A DNA stretch of 64,000 nt from a virus, in IMG/VR virus record IMGVR_UViG_3300045988_122538, one strand, 5' to 3'. Position 1 is the first letter of the stretch; every line of letters starts with the position of its first letter. Shown here one piece after another: positions 30,324 to 39,138 of the stretch. Under the pieces are notes generated by a model. The model saw nothing but the letters and a program-made list of their open reading frames with translations, was not told where the DNA came from and made no database searches. The translations under genes and the position numbers were made by a program.

Positions 30324-31685
30324 ATGAAAGCTAATGTGAAGAATGCTAAACCTATTAACGCCGCATCATCTTCTTCTCCTATACTTGGTACCTATGAAGG
30401 TGAAGCACTTGATACTAACATCACAAATAACAATGGTCTTGATATTACTTCTGAAGTGATTGAAGCTGTACTTGAATCTGAGGATTATGCTGTTGGTATT
30501 GAAAATGGCTGGTTCATTGGATTCTTAGGACATCCAGAAGATCCAAATTGCATGGACTTCAAAGACGGTTGTATTGTGTTAACAGATATGGAACTCAATT
30601 CAGATGGAAAAGTACATGCGTCATTTAATCTACTTGATACACCTGTAGGTCGGGTTGTAAAGACCTTACAAGATGCGGGTGTCAAGTTTGGTATATCCAT
30701 AAGAGGTGCAGGTGACATCATTGATCAATCTGTAGATCCTGATACATTTGTATTCAGGGGTTATGACCTTGTATCATTTCCTGCATATCCAAATTCCATT
30801 CCTACATTCACTGAAATTGCAGCTTCTACAAACATTGAAACTCAGAAGAAATACAAAGCTGTATGTGCAGCTGTAAGAAAGAATCTTTCTTCTATTACAA
30901 GTGCATCTACAATTAATGTCATTCAGTCACAGTTTGCTCCTCAGTCAGAAGAATATGCTATGATGAACCGTAGAAAAGCTGAGATTGAAAATTGTCAAGA
31001 TGATAACCTTGATATCAGTGATCAAAAGATTGAAGCTATGACACAGTTGTATTTAGATACATTACAAAATGTATCTGTACTAGCATCACAGCTTGAATCT
31101 ATGAAACAACGTAATGCTGCTATTTCATCTGCTTCACGTAGAAAAATATCTGCATTGAAGCGAATTACAGCAAGTCAACTGCATGATGCCTTATCTGGTC
31201 TAGATAGCGTAACAGCTTCATGCGACGAGTTGAAGCATAAGAATGCTATCTTATGTGCACAGTTAGCAGACCAAAAAGAAGCTAACCTTATATATAAGCA
31301 GAAGGTCGAAAACAGTACAAATGAACTCAAAAAGAAGAACAAAATTATTGCAAGCTTACAATCTGAGCTTCGTGAAACCGTCACAGCAAGTTCAAAGATT
31401 AAGGCGAGCGCATCTAACCTGGGTGTAACTAATGATGAACTTCAAAATGAGCTTCTAGTGTGCAAGAAACAGCTAGGTGATTTCCAAAATGCGTATGCAA
31501 GTATGTATGCAGCAGCTCTCGGAGTTGACCTAGCACCTATGTCTATTAAATCATCTACTTCTGTAGACGAATTGCAAGATATTGTAGCTGGTGCTACCAA
31601 CACTATAAATATGCCGTCTGCAGTTACTGTAGAACCAGTATACCTTGATGACGAAGTAGACAATGATGACCTTGCAACATTGTAA
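30324..31685 (+). CDS. putative capsid scaffolding protein, possibly with N-terminal protease domain
   Basis: Track frame 30315..31685. ATG 30324 follows AAGGAG. Globular N-terminal half, then a long coiled-coil-like Q/K/E/L-rich C-terminal half. Directly upstream of the capsid gene, a gpO-like architecture. Confidence 0.45.
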   Translation: MKANVKNAKPINAASSSSPILGTYEGEALDTNITNNNGLDITSEVIEAVLESEDYAVGIENGWFIGFLGHPEDPNCMDFKDGCIVLTDMELNSDGKVHASFNLLDTPVGRVVKTLQDAGVKFGISIRGAGDIIDQSVDPDTFVFRGYDLVSFPAYPNSIPTFTEIAASTNIETQKKYKAVCAAVRKNLSSITSASTINVIQSQFAPQSEEYAMMNRRKAEIENCQDDNLDISDQKIEAMTQLYLDTLQNVSVLASQLESMKQRNAAISSASRRKISALKRITASQLHDALSGLDSVTASCDELKHKNAILCAQLADQKEANLIYKQKVENSTNELKKKNKIIASLQSELRETVTASSKIKASASNLGVTNDELQNELLVCKKQLGDFQNAYASMYAAALGVDLAPMSIKSSTSVDELQDIVAGATNTINMPSAVTVEPVYLDDEVDNDDLATL

Positions 31686-31694
31686 TTTATTCAT

Positions 31695-31705
31695 AACCTT
31701 ATATG
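31695..31705 (+). promoter_or_regulatory. AACCTTATATA box (AACCTTATATG; candidate late-type promoter element)
   Basis: Intergenic, 32 nt upstream of the capsid gene ATG 31737. Confidence 0.4.
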
Positions 31706-31736
31706 TATCTAAATAAATAAATAGGAGTGATTCCAA

Positions 31737-33218
31737 ATGGCAATTAAGAGAACAACTCGTAAGCCGACAGCATCTCGTTCTCGTATGATCAACCGTAGAC
31801 CGATTACTGCTGGCACAAGTATTACTTCTGGTGTAAGAAGCAAGCAAGCTCCTAAGTCTAAGGTAATGGCAAGCTTCAATGCACTGAACCCTGCACAGAA
31901 GGCATTTGTTCGTCAGTTGCAGGCAACTTCTCGTAGACATGCATCTATCATGGGTGCAACTAATACGAGTAACATCGCAGCAAGACCTGAATTCATGGAA
32001 CTTCTTCCGTTATTTGTACAGAAGCTCTTGATTCTTGATGTTTTTGGTTCTGTTGCAATGAAGTCTAGACAGCAGATGATTCCATACTTCAAGTTTATCG
32101 CAGAAAACACTAAGGGTGAAACTCACGCAGGTGATATTCTTTCTAGCCCAATGGTTCAGCGTCAGGGTCTAGATCCAAATTTCACAGGCAGAGTTGTTAA
32201 GAACGAAGTTATTGGTTCTGGTGTATTAACTGCAACTGCTAACACTGTTCTTACTTCTTTCGCTTATTTACCTGTTCTTCCAGGTTCTGTTACAATTGAG
32301 ACTAACATCAGCGGTACTACTACATCTTATGTAGATAACGGTATGGGTGAAATTCTCGACAGCACTCAGAAGACTATTGCTACAATTGATTACAGCACTG
32401 GTGAAATTACACCTACTACTGATGGTGCAACTCCACTTACACTTGCTGATGGCGATACAATGAGAGCTACTTATCAGTATGATAACGAGACAGTAGGTCC
32501 AAATGCACAAGGCGATTATGGTGCTCAGATGGGCAAGGGCTATTTACAGCTTGATGAATTCAACTTAATCGCTGAAGCACATCAGCTTGCTTGTTATTGG
32601 TCTGTATATTCTGCTTTCGCAGCTCAGACCGAATACGGTAGCAACATTGCAGATATTGCAAAGGAAGCAGCTTTTTCTGAACTTACTGCTGAAATCAACA
32701 CTAAGGGATTCCAAGAACTTGCAAAGGCTGCAAGCTTCAAGCCGCAGTATAACTGGGACGCATCTCCTGTACTTTCTGGTTCTGTTGTTCCTTCTGACTA
32801 TCTGAACATGTTCAAGCTCAAGCTGAATCAGGCATCTTCTGCTATTTATCAGGCAACTAGACTCTCTCGTGGTAACAGACTTGTAGTCGGAACTAACGTA
32901 GCTGCTTATGTTGCAATGATTGATGGTTTCGCTGCTGATAGCACTGAAGATACTGTTGGTCCGTACAAGGCTGGTCGTCTTGATCAGATGGAAATCTACG
33001 TTGATCCGTCTTATGATCCGAACAAGTGGGTAATGTGCTGCAAGTCTAACGACATCAGACGTAACTCTGCACTATTCGGCGAATATATGCCTTTCACTGA
33101 TACACAGGCAATTGGTCTTGCTAACTCCAGCGTTCAGCAGGGCTACGCTACAATGTATGCTATGAAGGTTGTAAACCCGGCGACCGTTGTCAGCGGTAAG
33201 ATCACAGGCGTATTTTAA
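31737..33218 (+). CDS. putative major capsid protein
   Basis: 493 aa, follows the scaffold-like gene. Codon usage is markedly biased toward C-ending Phe/Asn/Ile and CGT/GGT, typical of very high expression. Basic N-terminal leader. No family motif recognised. Confidence 0.6.
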   Translation: MAIKRTTRKPTASRSRMINRRPITAGTSITSGVRSKQAPKSKVMASFNALNPAQKAFVRQLQATSRRHASIMGATNTSNIAARPEFMELLPLFVQKLLILDVFGSVAMKSRQQMIPYFKFIAENTKGETHAGDILSSPMVQRQGLDPNFTGRVVKNEVIGSGVLTATANTVLTSFAYLPVLPGSVTIETNISGTTTSYVDNGMGEILDSTQKTIATIDYSTGEITPTTDGATPLTLADGDTMRATYQYDNETVGPNAQGDYGAQMGKGYLQLDEFNLIAEAHQLACYWSVYSAFAAQTEYGSNIADIAKEAAFSELTAEINTKGFQELAKAASFKPQYNWDASPVLSGSVVPSDYLNMFKLKLNQASSAIYQATRLSRGNRLVVGTNVAAYVAMIDGFAADSTEDTVGPYKAGRLDQMEIYVDPSYDPNKWVMCCKSNDIRRNSALFGEYMPFTDTQAIGLANSSVQQGYATMYAMKVVNPATVVSGKITGVF

Positions 33219-33266
33219 TCAATACCCTCTGGTATCTAACATAAAATAATATGGAGGTTATGCAAA

Positions 33267-33677
33267 ATGGCAACTACCTATAAAGTTAAAATTATATACA
33301 ATGGTCCTGCAAATCCTGAAAACATTCGATTTGTATCTCCTATCTGCCCTGTATACTGCCCGTGTAACAGTTATGTTGATACGGCAGCTTATAAGGACAC
33401 TTGCTATGATACAAACATTGAAGGATTCGGCAAGATTGATGTATTAGAACCTTATGCTTCTACATCATTCCCGTTCCCTGTACCGCTTTCTCAGTTCAAG
33501 ATTGCTGTTATCGGCAAGCCTGTTAGTGCTGAAGCACCTAACGGTCCTAAGTATGTTGAATTCAACGTTGATTCTTACATGGAAGCATTCTGGTATACAC
33601 AAGCAGGTATTGCACTTGCTGATCAGGGCTTCGTTGTTGAGATCACTACTCCTAGCACAACTGAAGGCGGCAAGTAA
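33267..33677 (+). CDS. hypothetical capsid-associated protein
   Basis: 136-aa ORF with a GGAGG RBS and the same expression-type codon bias as the capsid gene. Positional inference only. Confidence 0.5.
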   Translation: MATTYKVKIIYNGPANPENIRFVSPICPVYCPCNSYVDTAAYKDTCYDTNIEGFGKIDVLEPYASTSFPFPVPLSQFKIAVIGKPVSAEAPNGPKYVEFNVDSYMEAFWYTQAGIALADQGFVVEITTPSTTEGGK

Positions 33678-33719
33678 GTTATCAACAAAATTATCTATTT
33701 GTAAGGAGGTCTATCAGAT

Positions 33720-34430
33720 ATGACTATAGACGAAGTTGTTAGTCAGGTAGCATTTATGTTAGGCCTACCTGCAAATAATAATGTAGAACAGCTTGATATA
33801 AGAGAAGCTGTTAACATAGCATTTCGTGAGTTAAAGAGATACATGAAGACTCCTGTAGATAAGACTGTACCATATGCTCCTAGATTGGACTTGGTAAAGC
33901 TTGGTATCAACACTAAAAGGGTCTTGAATGTGCAAGCAGCATATCCAAGGCTAGGTCTTACATTAGGCTCTATAGAAAGCGGAAACGTCTTTCAAGTAGC
34001 AGCATCGGTCAATACATCTAGTACCGGTAATTCAGGTACATCGATCAACATTGACCCTATAATGAATGAACTAGCACTTGCACAAGTTCGAAATTGTCTC
34101 GCAACTGATTTCCAATGGAAACACGATACACTTAACAAGGTAGTCTATTGTGCGCACAGGGCTCCTGTACCCGCCGCAGTTACAATCCGATATGTACCAA
34201 TATATCAAGATGTATCTGAGATCGAAAGTGATACCTGGATAGACTATTTAATAAGGATGAGTGAGGCTAATGTGAAAAAAGCATTAGGTCGTTCTCGTTC
34301 TAAATACAAAATCGACGGGTCTAATGTTTCACTTGATGGCGATACTCTTCTAAATGAAGCTAACGCAGAGCTTGAAGCTATTCGCAATGAGCTTAAGGAG
34401 AAGGGTAGTAAACTTGTCATCTTAAATTAA
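33720..34430 (+). CDS. hypothetical protein (head module)
   Basis: 236-aa ORF with an AAGGAGG RBS. Confidence 0.55.
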   Translation: MTIDEVVSQVAFMLGLPANNNVEQLDIREAVNIAFRELKRYMKTPVDKTVPYAPRLDLVKLGINTKRVLNVQAAYPRLGLTLGSIESGNVFQVAASVNTSSTGNSGTSINIDPIMNELALAQVRNCLATDFQWKHDTLNKVVYCAHRAPVPAAVTIRYVPIYQDVSEIESDTWIDYLIRMSEANVKKALGRSRSKYKIDGSNVSLDGDTLLNEANAELEAIRNELKEKGSKLVILN

Positions 34431-34461
34431 ATTTATTTGTAATTACAAGGAGGAAACGCAT

Positions 34462-34800
34462 ATGTTCATTCAGAAGAAGAGAGGTTCCAGAAGAGTAATG
34501 GCTGAAACTGATGTAGCTCCGGAAGCAGCAGAGTTGCTGTTCCAGGCTGAAGACGTTGCTGAGCTTGTTGCAGAAGTAACTGGCGAAGTTGTTGAAGTTG
34601 AAGCTGACGACCAGGGTGAAGCTGTTACATTCAATGTAGGCGACGATGCTTTCACTGTTGAAGCAGAAGGCGACGAGGAAGCAGTTGAATCTTCTACTCG
34701 TGTATCTCGTTCTAAGAGACCAGTTTCTGCATCTACCAGACGTGGTGCTGTATCTAGAGGCCGCAACGGCAGAGTTGTTCGTAAGGCTCCTCGTAGATAA
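34462..34800 (+). CDS. hypothetical protein, acidic core with basic N-leader and basic C-tail
   Basis: 112 aa with an AAGGAGG RBS. The E/D/A/V-rich centre is flanked by KKRGSRRVMAETD and SRSKRPVSASTRRGAVSRGRNGRVVRKAPRR. Confidence 0.6.
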   Translation: MFIQKKRGSRRVMAETDVAPEAAELLFQAEDVAELVAEVTGEVVEVEADDQGEAVTFNVGDDAFTVEAEGDEEAVESSTRVSRSKRPVSASTRRGAVSRGRNGRVVRKAPRR

Positions 34801-34803
34801 GAC

Positions 34804-34812
34804 AATCGTTAA
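34804..34812 (+). promoter_or_regulatory. AATCGTTAT-box variant (AATCGTTAA)
   Basis: One-mismatch copy directly after the stop at 34800, upstream of the terminator hairpin. Confidence 0.25.
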
Positions 34813-34829
34813 ATAACATGTACAATCAA

Positions 34830-34866
34830 AAGGCTTCTAGGCATTTGTGCGTAGGAGCCTTTTATT
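34830..34866 (+). terminator. intrinsic terminator
   Basis: 10-bp stem AAGGCTTCTA/TAGGAGCCTT with one G-U pair, a 12-nt loop, then TTTATT. Confidence 0.7.
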
Positions 34867-34886
34867 ACAATTTGAGGTGATTTATA

Positions 34887-35894
34887 ATGAATGTTAAACG
34901 ACAAAAACGTCAACCTATTGTAGCTGAAAGTACATTATCTAAGCTGACTAACTTCTTAAAGAACATTTCAGAAAAGCTATTCAACTTGTTTGATAAGCTT
35001 GGCGAATCTGGTATGAAGATAGTTGGTCAGAAAGATTTACCAGACGGTGGTCAATGGTTGAAGCTTGATTACAACGGTAAGACTGCTGAAGTTACTATCT
35101 CCCCTATTGATGGTAAAGAAGGTCACTTCAGTGTAGTTATTCAATCTTCATTTGGTGGTAAAACAACGCTTGATGATGTAAGTGAATCTGATATTGATTC
35201 TAAGATTGATGATGTACTTAAGAAAATCTTCAATGGCACATCTGATGTTAAGAGTTCTAAGAGTCTTAAGGTTACATTACAAACAATCAATTCTGCAACT
35301 GGTGTAGATGTAAACTTAACAGCTATCAAAGCAAATTATGATCCTGGTAAAGCTGTACAGGACTTAGAAACTGTGTTGGGTGATGATGCTTTTATCGCTC
35401 AGCTATCATCTGAACCAATTTCATTTGAGATTATAGATGAAGGCGATTCATATGATATCCAACAGACCGATAGTTTTGATACATGCGGTACAATCAATCA
35501 GCTTATTCAGTCAGCTATGCAGTTATGGGCTAACTTGAAAGTCATCAACTGGGCAGCTAAAGGAACTGGTTATTTTGAACTACGTAGTCGTAGCAGCGAT
35601 CTGTTATGGAGAATCTCTAGCGAAATTGACGTGTTCGGGGAATATGCTGTAGAAGTAAAGCAGCCTGCTCCTAATCCATTGTCAACTTGTTGTAATTTAT
35701 CTCTTATCATAGATCAAGGAGGATTCACTGCTGATCAAGGATATGCTCTTGTACGTGATGAGATCAAAACATATGTAAGCGTACTTGAAACGCTATATGT
35801 CAACTTCCCACATGATGTACAAAATCTATTAGACGAGATGATTCGTATGTGGAAGAAAGACTCTGAGTACCTTTATACAAGAGTATTGATGTAA
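34887..35894 (+). CDS. hypothetical protein with Dps/ferritin-like C-terminal segment
   Basis: INQLIQSAMQLWANLKVINWAAKGTGYFELRSRSSDLLWRISSEIDVFGEYAVEV parallels the Dps helix A/B pattern (LNQLL...L+N.HW.VKG..FF.LH...D.IAERI). The metal ligands are substituted. Confidence 0.4.
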   Translation: MNVKRQKRQPIVAESTLSKLTNFLKNISEKLFNLFDKLGESGMKIVGQKDLPDGGQWLKLDYNGKTAEVTISPIDGKEGHFSVVIQSSFGGKTTLDDVSESDIDSKIDDVLKKIFNGTSDVKSSKSLKVTLQTINSATGVDVNLTAIKANYDPGKAVQDLETVLGDDAFIAQLSSEPISFEIIDEGDSYDIQQTDSFDTCGTINQLIQSAMQLWANLKVINWAAKGTGYFELRSRSSDLLWRISSEIDVFGEYAVEVKQPAPNPLSTCCNLSLIIDQGGFTADQGYALVRDEIKTYVSVLETLYVNFPHDVQNLLDEMIRMWKKDSEYLYTRVLM

Positions 35895-35904
35895 GGAGAT
35901 TCAT

Positions 35905-36390
35905 ATGCTTAAGATTGTAGGTAACGGTATTTATGCCCATTGTTCTAATTTTGATGAATGGCGTACTAAATGTATAACATATATGCCAAGTAACATGTTT
36001 GATGCTCTATATCAAGAAGCTTTCATCTACTACGAAGACTTGATTGGTGAAAAACATTTTGTTATGAAGTTTGAACATAGATCAAGGTCTATTTCACTCA
36101 TAAGTAGTCCAGACTGGGACATCAGGCATGAGCCATCAGTAGGAGATGGTGTACGTGTATTCTATGATATAAACGATAATATAACATACAAGCTACTCAA
36201 AGGAAGAGGGCAGATATATCACAGTAAATGGATGTTTGTACAACCCGATTATACAGGATTCAATGTGAAGATATCTAAATTCCGTACTGTACAATGGAGC
36301 AGGATTCCAAACATAAACTCACTTAGAAACAAAATCGGATATCGCAGGTTCTGGAATGAATTTCTGAAAGAACATAAACTTTCTTTGTAA
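35905..36390 (+). CDS. hypothetical protein
   Basis: 161-aa ORF with an AAGGAG RBS. Confidence 0.6.
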   Translation: MLKIVGNGIYAHCSNFDEWRTKCITYMPSNMFDALYQEAFIYYEDLIGEKHFVMKFEHRSRSISLISSPDWDIRHEPSVGDGVRVFYDINDNITYKLLKGRGQIYHSKWMFVQPDYTGFNVKISKFRTVQWSRIPNINSLRNKIGYRRFWNEFLKEHKLSL

Positions 36391-36394
36391 GCAG

Positions 36395-36403
36395 AATCGT
36401 TAT
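36395..36403 (+). promoter_or_regulatory. AATCGTTAT box (candidate phage promoter element)
   Basis: Exact copy, intergenic, 39 nt upstream of ATG 36442. Confidence 0.4.
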
Positions 36404-36441
36404 ATACATTACACCTACTACATGTGTAGAGGAGGGTAGTA

Positions 36442-36840
36442 ATGTCACTGGAACAAGATGCTGAATATAGAAGAAAGCTAGAACATTGCGATAATATTTA
36501 TGCTGAGGTCAAGAAAATAATGGGTGCTGCAAGAAAATTATCTGCGGAGTGTGATAATAGTATATTGCACTCTCAAGCAATATCTAGTGTAGTAAGGGGT
36601 GATGCAGTAGAGAGAATGCCTCATATACAAGAAGCACAAGATGAATATGAAGCAAGATATATTCGAGATATGTTTTGTTACATAGCTGATAAAGAAGTAT
36701 GTAATGCTGTATATGATTCTTACTACGATAGTAAAAAGCAAAAACACCTTATATATGTGTATAATAGCATACAAGACGAACCTCGTAGAGCTCGTGTACG
36801 TGTTTTGACTCGTATGTTGTGGTATACACTTATCGACTAA
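36442..36840 (+). CDS. hypothetical protein
   Basis: 132-aa ORF with a GAGGAGGG RBS. Confidence 0.6.
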   Translation: MSLEQDAEYRRKLEHCDNIYAEVKKIMGAARKLSAECDNSILHSQAISSVVRGDAVERMPHIQEAQDEYEARYIRDMFCYIADKEVCNAVYDSYYDSKKQKHLIYVYNSIQDEPRRARVRVLTRMLWYTLID

Positions 36841-36858
36841 TAATTGGAGGGATTCAAT

Positions 36859-37338
36859 ATGCCTGAAACTAAGAATACAACTGTAGATGATCTGATTACT
36901 CCGCCTGCTGCTGATAAGGAAGTAGTTACGGATTCTACGACTAAAGTAGAGTCTGTTAAATCTGAAAAGCGTAAAACTACTGATACAAAGGCTGCTGAGA
37001 AGAAAGATTCTGCAACTAAGAAGTCAGATGATCTTAAGGTAACAAAGGAAATCAAATCTTCCGAAGATAAGCCTGTTGTTACTGAAAAGCAGATTGATGT
37101 TGATATGAGAGGCGGTACTGGTTTCGAGATTCCTAAACATGCACGTCTACGCGTATACAACACATCATTTACATCTGTATATAATCGTACAGTAAATGGC
37201 AAGTGGTATATCTATGCAGATGGTATTGTAAACGGACGTATTCGCATTACAGATGCTGCATACAAGGTTGAGGAACCAAGATGCTGCTGTGGTTGGGTAA
37301 CAGTAGAGTCTATTGCAAAGTATATCACACGTATTTGA
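36859..37338 (+). CDS. hypothetical protein with K/T/S/E-rich N-terminal half
   Basis: Track frame 36844..37338. ATG 36859 follows GGAGGG. Confidence 0.55.
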   Translation: MPETKNTTVDDLITPPAADKEVVTDSTTKVESVKSEKRKTTDTKAAEKKDSATKKSDDLKVTKEIKSSEDKPVVTEKQIDVDMRGGTGFEIPKHARLRVYNTSFTSVYNRTVNGKWYIYADGIVNGRIRITDAAYKVEEPRCCCGWVTVESIAKYITRI

Positions 37339-37350
37339 GGAGGTACAACC

Positions 37351-37479
37351 ATGGACGATCTGAAAGAACTTACAACTGAAAATGGTCTTACTGAGTCTAT
37401 TGACAATGATCTTTCATTTGAAAACCTGCCAGACTCTATGAAAGAAGAATTTGCAGATGGTAAAGGAGGAGAGGACTGA
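37351..37479 (+). CDS. small acidic ORF (42 aa) coupled to the endolysin
   Basis: Below the ORF-track cutoff. GAGGAGG RBS, ATG 37351. Stop TGA 37477-79 overlaps the endolysin ATG as TGATG. No transmembrane segment. Confidence 0.4.
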   Translation: MDDLKELTTENGLTESIDNDLSFENLPDSMKEEFADGKGGED

Positions 37480-38522
37480 TGGCATATACAAATAGTCCTT
37501 TGGTGTGTAAGACCCACTTATCACCTAAACATAATGTCAGAAAGTATCCGATTACAAAGATCACAATTCACCATGCTGCGGGTGTAATGAGCTTTGACGC
37601 ATTACTCAATTATGTAGCAACTTGTTCAAGAGATATGTCTGCTAACTATGTGTTACGTCAAGGTAAAATTGGACTTGTAGTTGAGGAGAAGTATAGAGCA
37701 TGGACATCTTCAAACGCTAACAATGACCACAGAGCTGTAACTATTGAAGTTGGTAACTCCTCTTCTGGTGGACAGTGGCCTATTTCTGATGAAGATCTTG
37801 CTCTGTTGATCAAATGGTGTGCAGATGTATGCAAGCGTAATAACATTCCGAAGTTGTATTATGATGGAACTCCTAATGGTTCTCTTACACTTCATGAGAT
37901 GTTTGCTGCAACAGGCTGCCCAGGACCTTATATCAAGTCGAAGATCAATTATATCTGCCAGGAAGTAAACAAGCTTATAAATTCTACCAACAGTGGTAAT
38001 ACAGCGCCATCTGCGCCAGCTGCAACTGGTAATAAGACATATAAGGTAATAACAAATGTATATGGTTATATGTCAGCATCAGATGCTGTATCTGATAAGA
38101 ACCGTAAGCGTACAGTTACTCCTGGAACTTACTACATTTACAATGAAACTTCTACAGCAGTAAATGTTACTTTGAAGAAATCTGTTCCAGGTGCTTGGAT
38201 CTGTAAAGCAAAGAATGTAGCAGCGTCTACATCTTCTAAGAAATCTGTAACAGCTATCGCACAGGAAGTAATTGCTGGTAAATGGGGTAATGGTGCTGAT
38301 CGTGTTAAAAATCTCAAGGCGGCTGGTTACAATCCAACAGAAGTTCAGGTTGAGGTAAACAGACTGTTGTCTGGTAAATCTTCTACTAAGAAATCTGTAA
38401 CTGAAGTTGCTAAAGAAGTAATTCAAGGAAAATGGGGAAACGGTTCAGCACGTAAACAGAAACTTGAAGCTGCTGGTTACAATTATGCTGAAGTACAAGC
38501 TGCTGTAAACAAGTTACTATAA
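37479..38522 (+). CDS. endolysin: N-acetylmuramoyl-L-alanine amidase (amidase_2) + two CW_7-type repeats
   Basis: ITIHHAAG...AVTIEVGNSS...ATGCPGP is the amidase_2 pattern. Two C-terminal repeats read KKSVT..A.EVI.GKWGNG..R...L.AAGYN..EVQ..VN+LL. Confidence 0.9.
   Translation: MAYTNSPLVCKTHLSPKHNVRKYPITKITIHHAAGVMSFDALLNYVATCSRDMSANYVLRQGKIGLVVEEKYRAWTSSNANNDHRAVTIEVGNSSSGGQWPISDEDLALLIKWCADVCKRNNIPKLYYDGTPNGSLTLHEMFAATGCPGPYIKSKINYICQEVNKLINSTNSGNTAPSAPAATGNKTYKVITNVYGYMSASDAVSDKNRKRTVTPGTYYIYNETSTAVNVTLKKSVPGAWICKAKNVAASTSSKKSVTAIAQEVIAGKWGNGADRVKNLKAAGYNPTEVQVEVNRLLSGKSSTKKSVTEVAKEVIQGKWGNGSARKQKLEAAGYNYAEVQAAVNKLL
38238..38519 (+). repeat. tandem coding repeat (about 150 nt, 2 copies) for the cell-wall-binding repeats
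   Basis: AAGAAATCTGTAAC... restarts at 38238 and 38388. The two units are clearly homologous at DNA and protein level. Confidence 0.8.
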
Positions 38523-38523
38523 T

Positions 38524-39024
38524 ATGAATATACGAATAGCTGGAACAGTAAATGATTCTATTGTTGACGGCAATGGTCTAAGATATACTATATTTGTACA
38601 AGGGTGCCCTCATCACTGTAAAGGTTGCCATAATCCTCAAACACATTCGTTTGATGGAGGTAAGGAAGTTTCAATATCTGATCTATTTGAGACAATTACA
38701 TCAAATACCTTACTAGACGGTGTAACATTCAGCGGTGGGGAACCATTTGCACAAGCTAAACCACTCGTAGAACTTGCTGATTTAGTAAAGCAAAACACTA
38801 ACTTAAATATAGTTACGTATACTGGTTATACATTTGAAGAAATTGTAACTAGTAATAATCCTGATTGGATAGCTCTATTGAATAGCACAGATATCTTGAT
38901 TGATGGTAAGTTTATTGAAGATCTAAAAAGCTACGAACTTAGATTCAGAGGTAGTTCAAATCAGCGATATATAGACGTTAAGCAAAGTCTACTACAACAT
39001 AAAGTAGTACTAGCCGATATTTGA
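38524..39024 (+). CDS. nrdG: anaerobic ribonucleoside-triphosphate reductase activating protein
   Basis: 166 aa. The radical-SAM cluster motif GCPHHCKGCHNPQT and the overall NrdG-like N-terminus (GNGLRYTIFVQGC) are present. Confidence 0.85.
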   Translation: MNIRIAGTVNDSIVDGNGLRYTIFVQGCPHHCKGCHNPQTHSFDGGKEVSISDLFETITSNTLLDGVTFSGGEPFAQAKPLVELADLVKQNTNLNIVTYTGYTFEEIVTSNNPDWIALLNSTDILIDGKFIEDLKSYELRFRGSSNQRYIDVKQSLLQHKVVLADI

Positions 39025-39028
39025 ATTT

Positions 39029-39065
39029 GAAGTGCAGGTCACACAGATCTGCACTTCTTATTTTA
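39029..39065 (+). terminator. intrinsic terminator
   Basis: 9-bp stem GAAGTGCAG/CTGCACTTC with an 11-nt loop, then TTATTTT. Confidence 0.75.
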
Positions 39066-39067
39066 TG

Positions 39068-39076
39068 AATCGTTAT
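39068..39076 (+). promoter_or_regulatory. AATCGTTAT box (candidate phage promoter element)
   Basis: Exact copy just after the terminator, 62 nt upstream of ATG 39139. A TATAAT hexamer lies at 39092-39097. Confidence 0.45.
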
Positions 39077-39138
39077 GTACAATGTAGTAGATATAATCTA
39101 TTACATATAGAAATATGAAAAACAAGGAGTACATAACA

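Noticed and set aside
34470-34805. 111-aa minus-strand ORF mirroring gene 34462-34800
   Set aside because: The antisense frame is kept open by the GAN/GCN/GTN-rich sense codons. It has no RBS, while the sense ORF has AAGGAGG and sits in the + strand operon.
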